Shown in pieces: positions 45,859 through 55,371 of a stretch of DNA of 64,000 nt. The translations under genes were made by a program, and so were the position numbers. Position 1 is the first letter of the stretch; each line of letters starts with the position of its first letter. This stretch comes from an uncultured Gemmatimonadales bacterium. Its GTDB lineage: Bacteria > Gemmatimonadota > Gemmatimonadetes > Longimicrobiales > Longimicrobiaceae. Below the pieces are notes generated by a model. It was given only the letters and a program-made list of their open reading frames with translations, was not told the origin of the DNA and did no database searches. The stretch covers positions 5,440,001 to 5,504,000 of the forward strand of contig OY970303.1 in NCBI GenBank assembly GCA_963716255.1. The letters run 5' to 3'.

Positions 45859-47411
45859 ACAAGGTCCTCCCGCTCTCCCGGCCGCTCGCCGCGGCGGCGG
45901 CCGCCCTCCTGCTCCATCTCGCACCCGCTCCCGCCGCCGCGCAGCTGCCCGCGGGAGGCGGGGCCGCGGCGCTTCCCGCCGCTTCGCCGCCGCTGCCGGC
46001 GGACCACTGGGCGGTACGCGCGGCGGAGCGCGCGGAGGCGCTCGGGCTGGTGCCCGGCTACCTGCCGGCGCAGCGCGCCGTGCCGCGCGCCGTGGTCGGA
46101 GAGGCGCTGCGGCAGGCCGCCCTCGCGGCCGGGGCGCGCGGCCCCGGGACGGCCGCGCTCGCGCGGGGGTGGAGCGAGCGCTTCGTGGAGGAGTTCCCGG
46201 AGGCGGACGCGGCGGAGCGCGGCGCCACGTCCAGGCTGGGGAGCGCGGTCGGCGGGGGATACGAGCGGCGCGGAGGCGGCGCGGAGCCGGGCGCGGGGCT
46301 CTTCGAGCGGCGGACCGGGCCGACCCCGCTGCCGCTGCACAGCACCCTGGTACTGACCGGGATGGTCGCGGGCGCGCTCGCGCCGTCGCTGGCGGCGGTC
46401 GCGGAGCCCCGCCTCTCGGAGGAGGGGGTGCGGATCGCGCGCTGGGACCTCACCGCGGGGTGGGGCCCGGTCGCGCTTTCCGTGGGCGAGGAGCCGGTGG
46501 GGTACGGCCCGGCCGCGGGCGGCGGGATCGTGCTGTCGGGGGCCCGGGCGCTGCCGCGCGTGCAGGTGGAGACCACCCGGCCGCTGGCGCTCCCGGGGTT
46601 CCTGCGCCACCTGGGCCCCGTGTCGCTCCACACCTTCCTGACGCGCCTGGACGAGCGGCGGCACCCCGGCGACCCGTACCTGTGGGGGATGCGCGTCGCC
46701 CTGCGGCCGCACCCCCGCCTCACGGTGGGGATCGACCGCGCCTCCATCTTCGGCGGGGACAGCGTCGCCACGGAGGTGGGTCCCGGGAGCGTGGGGCGGA
46801 TGCTGCTGGGGATGCTTTCCGACGACTTCGAGAACCAGGTGGTGGCGGCGGAGTTCCGCTACCGTCTCCCCACCGAGCGCGTGCTGCCGGTGACGCTGTA
46901 CCTGGAGTGGGGCGCCGACGACGGCGCCGGCGCCTGGTGGGACGTGCCCGCCCGCGTGCTCGGCGCCTACGTGCCCGCCGTGCCGGGGGCGCCGGCGGTG
47001 GCGGCCGGCGCGGAGTACGCCTCGTTCGCCACGCTGTGCTGCGGCAACCCGGGGTGGTACACCCACGCGGCGCAGCCCGGCGGCTGGGCCGCCGAGGGCG
47101 CGACCCTGGGGCACCCGCTGGGGGGCGAGGGGCGGGAGTTCCTGCTGTACTCGCAGGCCGACCTGGCGGACGCGCGGCTGCGCCTGGAAGGGCGCGCCTT
47201 CCGCCGGGAGCGCGGCCGCGAGGGCTACGACCTCGCCGTCCGCGCCGGCAACCTCTTCGCGCCCGAGCGGGCGGGGTGGAGCACGGGCGCCTCGCTGGGG
47301 GCGCACTGGCGCGCGGCTCCCCGCACCGAGCTTCGCCTGCGGGTGCTCCGCGAGGTGGGGAGCGAGTGGAGGAGCCACGAGCTGGACCTGAACGCATCCG
47401 TATTCTTCTGA
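45855..47411 (+). CDS. Outer-membrane beta-barrel, capsule assembly Wzi-family-like
   Basis: Signal peptide, helical N-domain, 'YGPAAGGGIVLSG', 'LGHPLG', alternating beta strands, C-terminal Phe. Confidence 0.65.
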   Translation: MNKVLPLSRPLAAAAAALLLHLAPAPAAAQLPAGGGAAALPAASPPLPADHWAVRAAERAEALGLVPGYLPAQRAVPRAVVGEALRQAALAAGARGPGTAALARGWSERFVEEFPEADAAERGATSRLGSAVGGGYERRGGGAEPGAGLFERRTGPTPLPLHSTLVLTGMVAGALAPSLAAVAEPRLSEEGVRIARWDLTAGWGPVALSVGEEPVGYGPAAGGGIVLSGARALPRVQVETTRPLALPGFLRHLGPVSLHTFLTRLDERRHPGDPYLWGMRVALRPHPRLTVGIDRASIFGGDSVATEVGPGSVGRMLLGMLSDDFENQVVAAEFRYRLPTERVLPVTLYLEWGADDGAGAWWDVPARVLGAYVPAVPGAPAVAAGAEYASFATLCCGNPGWYTHAAQPGGWAAEGATLGHPLGGEGREFLLYSQADLADARLRLEGRAFRRERGREGYDLAVRAGNLFAPERAGWSTGASLGAHWRAAPRTELRLRVLREVGSEWRSHELDLNASVFF

Positions 47412-48388
47412 TGGCCGTATATCCAGAGAACCGCCCCCGCCGCCTGCGCCGGACCGGGGAGCTGCGCGCTTTCGTCCGCGAGACCACGGTGTCGCCGTCG
47501 GACCTGGTGCTCCCGCTGTTCGTCGCGCCGGGCGAGCGGGTTCGCAACCCGGTGGGGTCCATGCCCGGCGTGGACCAGACCTCCGTGGACGAGCTGCTCC
47601 GCGACGCCGAGGAGGCGATGAAGCTGGGGATCCCGGCGGTCCTCCTCTTCGGGATCCCGGCAAGCAAGGACGAGACGGGATCGTCTGGGTACCACGACCA
47701 AGGGGTGGTGCAGAACGCGGTGCGGGCGCTGAAGCGCGAGATCCCCGAGCTGCTGGTGGTCACCGACGTCTGCCTGTGCGAGTACACCTCACACGGGCAC
47801 TGCGGGGTGCTGCGCGGCGACGAGGTGGACAACGACGCCACCCTGCCGCTGCTGGCGCGCATGGCGCTGTTGCACGCGGAGGCTGGCGCCGACGTGGTCG
47901 CCCCCTCGGACATGATGGACGGTCGGGTGGGGACGATCCGCGAAGCGCTGGATGGATCGGGATTTGCAAGTGTCCCCATCCTCGCGTATTCGGCCAAGTT
48001 CGCTTCCGCCTTCTACGGCCCCTTCCGCGAGGCGGCGGAGAGCACCCCGGCCTTCGGCGACCGGCGCGCCTACCAGATGGACCCGGCCAACGCGCGCGAG
48101 GCGCTGCGCGAGGTGCGGGCGGACATCGAGGAAGGCGCCGACATGGTGATGGTCAAGCCGGCGCTCCCGTACCTGGACGTGATCTACCGGGTGCGGACGG
48201 AGACGGAGTACCCGGTCTTCGCCTACCACGTTTCCGGGGAGTACGCCATGGTGCTGGCGGCGGCCGAGCGCGGCTGGATCGACGGCGACCGGGCGATGCG
48301 CGAGGTGCTGACGTCCATCCGCCGGGCGGGAGCGGACCGCATCATCACCTACTACGCCAGGCAGTTCGCCCGCGGGGCGGCCGGATGA
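47411..48388 (+). CDS. hemB: Porphobilinogen synthase (ALA dehydratase), Zn-type
   Basis: 'RPRRLR', 'DVCLCEYTSHGHCG', 'SDMMDGRV', 'FYGPFREA', 'MVKPA'. Confidence 0.98.
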   Translation: MAVYPENRPRRLRRTGELRAFVRETTVSPSDLVLPLFVAPGERVRNPVGSMPGVDQTSVDELLRDAEEAMKLGIPAVLLFGIPASKDETGSSGYHDQGVVQNAVRALKREIPELLVVTDVCLCEYTSHGHCGVLRGDEVDNDATLPLLARMALLHAEAGADVVAPSDMMDGRVGTIREALDGSGFASVPILAYSAKFASAFYGPFREAAESTPAFGDRRAYQMDPANAREALREVRADIEEGADMVMVKPALPYLDVIYRVRTETEYPVFAYHVSGEYAMVLAAAERGWIDGDRAMREVLTSIRRAGADRIITYYARQFARGAAG

Positions 48389-49236
48389 AGGTGGTGGTCA
48401 CCGGGGCGGGGGGGATGCTGGCGCACGCGCTCGTCCCCCTGCTCCGTGCCCGCGGGCACGAAGCGGTCGCACTGGACCGCGCCGCGCTGGACGTGGCCGA
48501 CGAGGCCGCCGTCCACGAGCGCATCGCCGCCGAGCGGCCGGACGCGGTGGTGCAGTGCGCGGCGTACACCGCGGTGGACCGCGCGGAGGCGGAGGAAGCG
48601 GAGGCGACCCGGATCAACGGGGCCGCGGCGGGCTTCGTGGCGGACGCGTGTGACCGCGTGGGGGCCGCGTTCGTCTATCCGAGCACCGACTACGTATTTG
48701 CGGGAGACGCGACCGTCGCTTACCGTCCCGGGGACGCGGTCGACCCGGTGAACGCCTACGGGCGCTCCAAGCTCGCCGGGGAGCGGGCGGCGCTGGCGTC
48801 GGAGCGGGGGCTGGTGGTGCGGACGAGCTGGCTGTACGGCGAGGGAGGGAGCCACTTCGTGGACACCATCCTCCGCCTCGCCCGCGAAGGGAGGCCGCTG
48901 CGCGTGGTCGACGACCAGTGGGGGCGGCCCACCTGGACCGGCGCGCTCGCCGGGACGCTGGCCGCGTTGATGGAGTCGGGGGCGCGGGGTATCTTCCACG
49001 CCACCGGCGGCGGCGAGCCGGTGAGCTGGTGCGGATTCGCGCGCGAGGTGGTGGCGCTGGCCGGCCCCGGCGCGGAGGTGGCGGCGGTGACTTCCGCGGA
49101 GTTCCCGCGCCCCGCGCGGCGCCCCGCGTGGTCGGTCCTGGACTGCTCCACGACCGAGGAGCGGACGGGGGCGAGGCTCCCGCACTGGCGGGACTCGCTG
49201 GTCGGGTACCTGGAGTCGAGCGGGGCCGGCGCGTGA
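48385..49236 (+). CDS. rmlD: dTDP-4-dehydrorhamnose reductase
   Basis: GAGGML, 'CAAYTAVDRAE', 'STDYVF', 'YGRSKLAGE', 'VDDQWGRPT'. Confidence 0.93.
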   Translation: MKVVVTGAGGMLAHALVPLLRARGHEAVALDRAALDVADEAAVHERIAAERPDAVVQCAAYTAVDRAEAEEAEATRINGAAAGFVADACDRVGAAFVYPSTDYVFAGDATVAYRPGDAVDPVNAYGRSKLAGERAALASERGLVVRTSWLYGEGGSHFVDTILRLAREGRPLRVVDDQWGRPTWTGALAGTLAALMESGARGIFHATGGGEPVSWCGFAREVVALAGPGAEVAAVTSAEFPRPARRPAWSVLDCSTTEERTGARLPHWRDSLVGYLESSGAGA

Positions 49237-49337
49237 GGCGCCGCGCCCGGTGGCACATGGCGAACAAGGACCATTCAGGGATGCCCGACGATCGCACGGG
49301 CGGGCCGGCCGGCGGCTCGTCGGCAGGATTCCAGGTT

Positions 49338-50474
49338 ATGAAGGTCGCGATCACCGCGGACTGGCTGAACACCTCCGGGGGCGGCGAGCGCGTGCTGGTG
49401 CAGCTGCACCGCATGTTTCCGGATGCGCCCGTGTACACCACGGTGTGCGACCGCTCCGCCATCCCCGCCGAGATGCGCGGCTGGGACATCCGCACCTCGT
49501 TCCTCCAGCGCGTGCCCTTCGCGAAGCGGCGCCACCAGCCGTTCCTGCCGTTCATGCCGATGGCTTTCGAGCAGTTCGACATGAGCGAGTACGACCTGGT
49601 GATCACCACCAACAGCGCCTGCGCCAAGGGCGTCATCACCCGGCCCGGAGCGCTCAACGTCTGCTACTGCTACACTCCCTGCCGCTACATCTGGGACCTG
49701 TACCACGAGTACACGCGCGGCATGCGTCTGCGGGCGCTCTTCGCGCCGGTGGCGCACTGGCTGCGCGTCTGGGACCGCGTCTCCGCCGACCGCGTGGACC
49801 ACTTCGTGGGGATCTCGCACGAGGTGGCGTCGCGCATCCGCCGGCACTACCGGCGCGACGCGGAGGTGGTGTATCCCCCGGTGGACGTGGACCGGATCCG
49901 GCCCAACGGGCTCCCGCCGGAGGACTTCTACCTGGTGGTCGCCCGGCTGGTCCCCTACAAGCGGGTGGACCTTGCGGTGCGGGCGGCGAGCCGGCTGGGC
50001 CGGCGGCTGGTGGTGGTGGGCGACGGCTCCGAGCGGCGCAGGCTGGAGGCTCTCGCCGGGCCCACGGTGGAGTTCCTGGGGCGGCGGGGCGACGACGAGG
50101 TTGCGGACCTGCTGGCCCGCTGCCGCGCCTTCCTCTTCCCGGGCTGGGAGGACTTCGGGATCGCGCCGGTGGAAGCGCAGGCCGCCGGGCGCCCGGTGAT
50201 CGCCTACGGGCGGGGCGGCGCGGCGGAAACGGTGGTGGACGGCTCCACGGGCGTGCTCTTCGAGGAGCAGTCGGTGGACGCGCTGGCGGACGCGATGCTC
50301 CGGGCGGACCGGATCGCGTTCGAGGCGGCGACGTGCCGGCGCAACGCGGAACGGTTCGGCGCCGACGTGTTCCGTGCGCAGCTGGGCGCGGCGATCGAGC
50401 GGCAGCTCCAGGCCGCCCGCGCCGCGCGTCCGGCGGTGCCGACCATGGCCGAGGAGTACCTGGAGTCGGCGTGA
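49338..50474 (+). CDS. Glycosyltransferase family 4 (WbaZ/mannosyltransferase-like)
   Basis: 'GGGERVL', 'RLVPYKRVD', 'EDFGIAPVEAQAAGRPVIA'. Confidence 0.9.
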   Translation: MKVAITADWLNTSGGGERVLVQLHRMFPDAPVYTTVCDRSAIPAEMRGWDIRTSFLQRVPFAKRRHQPFLPFMPMAFEQFDMSEYDLVITTNSACAKGVITRPGALNVCYCYTPCRYIWDLYHEYTRGMRLRALFAPVAHWLRVWDRVSADRVDHFVGISHEVASRIRRHYRRDAEVVYPPVDVDRIRPNGLPPEDFYLVVARLVPYKRVDLAVRAASRLGRRLVVVGDGSERRRLEALAGPTVEFLGRRGDDEVADLLARCRAFLFPGWEDFGIAPVEAQAAGRPVIAYGRGGAAETVVDGSTGVLFEEQSVDALADAMLRADRIAFEAATCRRNAERFGADVFRAQLGAAIERQLQAARAARPAVPTMAEEYLESA

Positions 50475-50556
50475 ACCGCCGGACCCTGGCAGGGGGGATG
50501 ACGGCCCTCGCGGGCAAAGGAGGAGGATGCATTCGGATGCTTGAGGTTCGAGCGAT

Positions 50557-52062
50557 ATGAACAGTCGGGTGATCCCCGGGGCCGCCGCCCCCGAGCAGGC
50601 CGAGAGCCTGACGAGCGCGGAAGTGCGGCAGGCGGTCGACGAGGCGATCCGGCGCGGCTGGCTGGAGATGGCGCGGCGTGCCGCGCGCGTCTTCGTGCTC
50701 ATGCTCACGGACATCGCGGCCGCGCTGGGCGCGGCGTGGGCCATGCTTTCGCTGCGCACCGACGCCTGGCCGGACGCCTTCGGGAGCGCCACGGCGAGCT
50801 GGAGCACCTTCGTCACGGCGCTGTGCGTGCAGCCGCTGGCGCTCAGCGTCAGCGGCGCCTACCGCTCCGGCGAGAGCCGCGTCAGCTTCGTCCGAATCTG
50901 CCTGGGGCTCCTGCTGGGGGTCTCGGCCACGGGGATGCAGGCGTTCCTGGGCGGCGGGATGGGCGCCTCGCTCCCGGCCGAGGCGCTGGGGCTGCTCGCC
51001 TACGTGCTCTGGGCCTCCATCGCCATCTTCGCGGTCCGCCTGGTGATCGACCGTGGGGTGAGCTTCGCCTACTCCCTGGGCATCGGGCGGCGGCGGGCGC
51101 TGGTGGTGGGCTCCGGCGAGGAACTGCAGGGCGTGGTGGAGATGCTGCGCGACCGCAACGGCGCCGACCTGCGCGTCATGGGGCGCCTTTCCCCCACCCG
51201 CGAGCGCGAGCCGGGCGCCATCCACGCCATCGCCGAGATCGACGTGGCGCTGCAGGCCACGGACGCGCAGGAGGTGATCGTCGCCTCCGCGAAGCTCAGC
51301 TTCGAAGCGCTGGAAACGCTGATCCACCGCTGCATGCAGCGGGGCGTGGTGGTGTCCCTCGCCCCCAAGACGCTGCACCTCATGGGGATGCAGTTCGAGT
51401 CGCGGCAGGTCCGGGGCGGGACGCTCCTCCGCCTCCGCCCCGTCGGCCTCGGCTTTCCCCAGCTCGCGATGAAGCGGACCATCGACCTGACCCTGAGCGT
51501 GCTCGGGCTGCTGCTCACCTGGCCGCTCTTCCTCTTCATCGCCATCGCGATCAAGCTGGACTCGCGCGGGCCGGTGCTCTTCAAGCAGGTCCGCGCCGGG
51601 CTGGGCGGGCGCCCCTTCCTGATGTACAAGTTCCGCACGATGGTCATCGACGCGGACGCCATGAAGGAGCAGCTCCACCACCTCAACGAGTCCGGCGACC
51701 CGCGACTCTTCAAGATCCGCAACGACCCCCGGGTCACGCGGGTGGGGCGGCTCCTCCGCAAGACCTCGCTGGACGAGCTCCCCCAGCTCTTCAACGTGCT
51801 GGGCGGGGACATGAGCCTGATCGGCCCTCGCCCGTTCTTCCCGGACGACCTGGAACAGTACTCGGACCACCACTTCGAGCGGCTGGCGGTGCTCCCGGGG
51901 ATCACCGGGCTCTGGCAGGTGTGCGGGCGGAGCCAGGTGGTGGACTTCGAGGAGGTGGTGCGGTTCGACCGCGAGTACATCGACGGGTGGTCGGTGTGGC
52001 TGGACCTCAAGATCCTGATGCTGACGTTTCCCGCGGTGATGCGCCGGACGGGGGCGTTTTAA
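50557..52062 (+). CDS. Polyprenyl glycosylphosphotransferase (priming sugar transferase, WcaJ/WbaP type)
   Basis: N-terminal TMs; 'KRTIDL', 'YKFRTM', 'DPRVTRVG..LRKTSLDELPQL.NVL.GDMSLIGPRP', 'PGITGLWQV'. Confidence 0.95.
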   Translation: MNSRVIPGAAAPEQAESLTSAEVRQAVDEAIRRGWLEMARRAARVFVLMLTDIAAALGAAWAMLSLRTDAWPDAFGSATASWSTFVTALCVQPLALSVSGAYRSGESRVSFVRICLGLLLGVSATGMQAFLGGGMGASLPAEALGLLAYVLWASIAIFAVRLVIDRGVSFAYSLGIGRRRALVVGSGEELQGVVEMLRDRNGADLRVMGRLSPTREREPGAIHAIAEIDVALQATDAQEVIVASAKLSFEALETLIHRCMQRGVVVSLAPKTLHLMGMQFESRQVRGGTLLRLRPVGLGFPQLAMKRTIDLTLSVLGLLLTWPLFLFIAIAIKLDSRGPVLFKQVRAGLGGRPFLMYKFRTMVIDADAMKEQLHHLNESGDPRLFKIRNDPRVTRVGRLLRKTSLDELPQLFNVLGGDMSLIGPRPFFPDDLEQYSDHHFERLAVLPGITGLWQVCGRSQVVDFEEVVRFDREYIDGWSVWLDLKILMLTFPAVMRRTGAF

Positions 52063-52064
52063 GG

Positions 52065-52211
52065 GCTTTTTGACGGCGGGTTGGGCGTGCCCCCGGCTGG
52101 CGCCGGGGTCGGGCTTCGGCTCCGTAACGCAGCAAACAACGCTGCGTAACGGAGTCGAGCCCCGGCAAACAGCCGCCGGGTCTCGCCCCTTCGGGCCGAA
52201 ATCCCTCACGC
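52065..52211 (+). repeat. Structured ~150-nt dispersed element, copy 3
   Basis: Matches copy 1 outside the covarying stems. Confidence 0.95.
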
Positions 52212-52424
52212 AAGCTCCGACGCGGCCGGAAGATCCAGCAAGCAGACGATATGGGGCGGGGCCTCGGCCCCGCCCCTCCGCGCATCTGTCCCCGTCGCTC
52301 CGCTCCGCGGCGGCGCGTGACTTCCGTCCGCCGGCGCTCGTCATTGCCCCATGCGGATGCGGGAAAATTCGCGTTTTTCTGCGCCGCCGCCCGCGCGCGC
52401 GGGGCGCCGCGGCGCGGGCGCGCG

Positions 52425-52453
52425 TTGACCGTGCCCGCGCAAAACGCTATCAT
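52425..52453 (+). promoter_or_regulatory. Sigma70-type promoter upstream of the wza-like gene
   Basis: TTGACC-17 nt-TATCAT. Confidence 0.7.
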
Positions 52454-52580
52454 TGTTGCTTTTGGATCACCGAGCGGCGGCCCGTGGGCCGCGCGCTCGG
52501 TGGATCGTTTTCGGCTTCCCGTCCATCGCCCCGCGACCGCCCCGGCGGCGAGCCGCGGGATCCCGGACCCGACCACTGCC

Positions 52581-53261
52581 ATGACCCTGCTTCTCCGTAC
52601 GCTCCTCCTCCTGCTGGCCGTGCTCGCCGCTCTCCCGGCGGGGCTCGCGGCGCAGCGGGGGGGCGACACGGTGGAGGCGCGCCCCGCCGGCTCGGGGGCG
52701 CTCCCCCGGCCCGGCGACCGCATCGCGCTCAAGATCTGGAACGAGCCGGAGATGAGCGACACGTTCAACATCTCCGAGCGCGGCGAGGCGATCCTCCCCA
52801 AGCTGGGGGCGGTGCACGTCGCCTCGCTCCCGCTCGTCCAGCTCCAGGACTCGCTGCGCCGCGCCTACGCGGTGTACCTGCGGAATCCCTCGGTGGAGAT
52901 CGCGGTGCTGCGGCGCATCGCCGTGCAGGGCGAGGTCCGGCAGCCGGGGATCTACCTGGCCGACCTGACGATGGGCATCCCCGAGATCATCGCCCGCGCC
53001 GGTGGCTTCACCGAGGCCGGGAACCCGCGCAACATCGTCATCGTGCGCGAAGGGCGCCGGATCCGCTACGGCCGGGAGACTTCGGACGCGCTCCTCGCCT
53101 CGGAGCTCCAGTCCGGCGACCAGATCTTCGTCCGGCCGCGAAGCGCGCTGGCCCGCAACCCCATGGCGTGGATCGGCGGCGCCATCGGGCTGCTGGGCAC
53201 CTTCCGCGTGGTGGTGTGGCCGCTGATCGAGGACATCGTCGGCTCGGACGACGGAGGCTGA
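52581..53261 (+). CDS. Polysaccharide export protein (OPX/Wza-like, Poly_export + SLBB)
   Basis: Signal peptide; 'PGDRIALKIW', 'LPKLGAV', 'GEVRQPGIY', 'AGGFT', 'LQSGDQIFV'. Confidence 0.85.
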   Translation: MTLLLRTLLLLLAVLAALPAGLAAQRGGDTVEARPAGSGALPRPGDRIALKIWNEPEMSDTFNISERGEAILPKLGAVHVASLPLVQLQDSLRRAYAVYLRNPSVEIAVLRRIAVQGEVRQPGIYLADLTMGIPEIIARAGGFTEAGNPRNIVIVREGRRIRYGRETSDALLASELQSGDQIFVRPRSALARNPMAWIGGAIGLLGTFRVVVWPLIEDIVGSDDGG

Positions 53262-53265
53262 GGCC

Positions 53266-55371
53266 ATGGACAACCGACGGGACGTGATGGACCTCAAGGA
53301 GATCGCGGCCGCGCTGCGCCGCGGTCTCCCCTGGATCCTGGGTGGCGGGCTGCTGGGGCTGGCCGCGGGCGCCGCCACCCTGGTCACGCTCGACCGGCAG
53401 TACGAGGCGTCGGCCACCGTGCTCCTGCGCAGCCAGGTGGGGGGCAGCTCCTCGGCCATGGCCCTTTCCCGCATCTCGGGGATGCTGGGCGGGCTCGGCG
53501 GGGGCGGGCTCGGCGGGTCGGAGGTGGAGACCGAGCAGCAGATCCTCACCAGCCGCGCCATCCTGGGCGAGGTGGTGGACTCGCTGGGGCTCCAGGTGCG
53601 GGTGACGGAGCCCGCGGGAATGCGGGCGGACGAGCTGTTCTCGTCGCGTCGGGTCGCCCCGGACGCGGAGGGCGGCGAGCTGCGCTTCGAGCGCCGCGAA
53701 GGGACGTACTCCGTGGAGGGCGAGGATTTCTCGGGGACGGTGGCTCCCGGCGGCTCGCTGCGCATTCCCGGCGGGGTGCTGACGCTGCGGCGCTCCGGGC
53801 TGCCGGAGCGCTTCGAGGTGGCGGTCAGCGACCGGCAGGGGGCGGTGCTGGGGGTGGAGAAGGAGCTGAACGCCGAGGTCACCGGCGGCGAGGTGGTGGG
53901 GATCTCCTTCCGCGCCGCGGACCCGCAGCTCGCCGCGGCGGTCCCCAACGCCATGATCGCGCGCTACCTGGCGCGCCGGCGGACCACCGACCGCGGGGTC
54001 AACCAGCACCGCTACGAGTTCCTGACGGCGCACACGGACAGCATCGCCACGCAGCTCGCGCTGGCGGAGAACGCCCTGCGGCGCCACCAGGAGACGAGCG
54101 GCGTCCTGGATCCCGAGCTGAGCGGGAAGACGGAGCTGGAGCGCGCCATGGCGATCCAGGCGCAGCTGGAGACCGCCGAGATCGAGGCGCGCTCGCTCCA
54201 GCGGATCGTGTCCCGGGGCGCGGGTGGTGGCTTCTCGCCGCGCGAGCTGGCGGCCTTTCCCACCTTCCTGAGCAACGCCGCCATCAACGACGTCCTGTCG
54301 CGCCTGCTCAAGCTGGAAACGGACCGCATCGCGCTGCTGGAGCGGCGCACCGAGCAGGACCCGGAGGTGATCGCGCTGTCCACCAGCATCGAGCACCTGG
54401 AAGGGCAGCTCGTCTCGCTGTCGCGCGACTACCTGGCGGGGCTGAACGGCCAGCAGTCGGAGCTGCGGCGGGAGCTGGGGGGCTACCAGGCGGCGCTCGC
54501 CGCGCTCCCCAGCCAGGCGGAGGAGAGCCTGCGCCGCGAGCGCGAGGTGCTGCGCCTTTCCCAGACGCTGGTCGCCATGCAGACGCAGCTGGTGGAGGCG
54601 CGGCTCGGCGCGATCAGCGAGGGCGGCGACGTGCGCCAGGTGGACGTGGCCGTGCCGCCCCGCAAGCCGGCGTTCCCCAACCCGCCGCTCAACCTGCTCG
54701 GCGGGCTGCTGGGCGGCCTGTTCTTCGGGATGGTGGCGGCGGTGGGCGCGTCGCTGGCCCGCGGCGAGGTGCGCGAGCCCTGGGAGGCGGAGCTGGCCAC
54801 CGGCGCCCCCGCGGTGGGGATGGAGCCCGGGATGCCGCTCTGGCTGGCGGGGATCGGCGACGCGCGCTCGGCGCTGGTGGTGCCGGCGGGGCGCTCCGCC
54901 GACGCCCTTGCGGTGGCGGAGCAGCTGGCGGCCACGGCGGCGCTGCGGGGCCGCGAGGCCATGGCCGTGGACCTGACGCAGCCGGTGACGGCCGCTCCGA
55001 ACCGGCTCGCCGCCGCCCTCCCCGCTTCGCGCGTGGGAGCCGCAGGCGTGGAGCCGGGGGGCGTGGCGACGCTGGCGGAGGGGCGCCCGGGCCTGCAGGC
55101 CAACGGCAACGGCGCTTCCGTCGGCGGGATGCGCTCGGCGCTGGGCGACCTGGAGGCGCGCTACGGCTTCGTCGCGGCGGCGCTCCCGGGGATCGAGGGG
55201 CCGCAGACGGTGGCGGTGCTCGCCCCGGACCGGCCGGTGGTGGTGGTGGCGCGCGCCGGCCGGGTGCATCGCGACGCGCTGCGCCGCACGGTGGAGGCGT
55301 GCGAGCGGCTGGGCGTCCCGGTGGCCGGAGTGGTGCTGCAGCCCGTGGGGAAGCGTGGCCGGAGCGCCTGA
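53266..55371 (+). CDS. Polysaccharide co-polymerase (Wzc/GumC-like) with degenerate C-terminal kinase domain
   Basis: TM-'YEASATVL'-'ETEQQILTSR', long coiled coil, 'AVPPRKPAFP' + TM; no Walker A GK[ST]. Confidence 0.8.
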   Translation: MDNRRDVMDLKEIAAALRRGLPWILGGGLLGLAAGAATLVTLDRQYEASATVLLRSQVGGSSSAMALSRISGMLGGLGGGGLGGSEVETEQQILTSRAILGEVVDSLGLQVRVTEPAGMRADELFSSRRVAPDAEGGELRFERREGTYSVEGEDFSGTVAPGGSLRIPGGVLTLRRSGLPERFEVAVSDRQGAVLGVEKELNAEVTGGEVVGISFRAADPQLAAAVPNAMIARYLARRRTTDRGVNQHRYEFLTAHTDSIATQLALAENALRRHQETSGVLDPELSGKTELERAMAIQAQLETAEIEARSLQRIVSRGAGGGFSPRELAAFPTFLSNAAINDVLSRLLKLETDRIALLERRTEQDPEVIALSTSIEHLEGQLVSLSRDYLAGLNGQQSELRRELGGYQAALAALPSQAEESLRREREVLRLSQTLVAMQTQLVEARLGAISEGGDVRQVDVAVPPRKPAFPNPPLNLLGGLLGGLFFGMVAAVGASLARGEVREPWEAELATGAPAVGMEPGMPLWLAGIGDARSALVVPAGRSADALAVAEQLAATAALRGREAMAVDLTQPVTAAPNRLAAALPASRVGAAGVEPGGVATLAEGRPGLQANGNGASVGGMRSALGDLEARYGFVAAALPGIEGPQTVAVLAPDRPVVVVARAGRVHRDALRRTVEACERLGVPVAGVVLQPVGKRGRSA

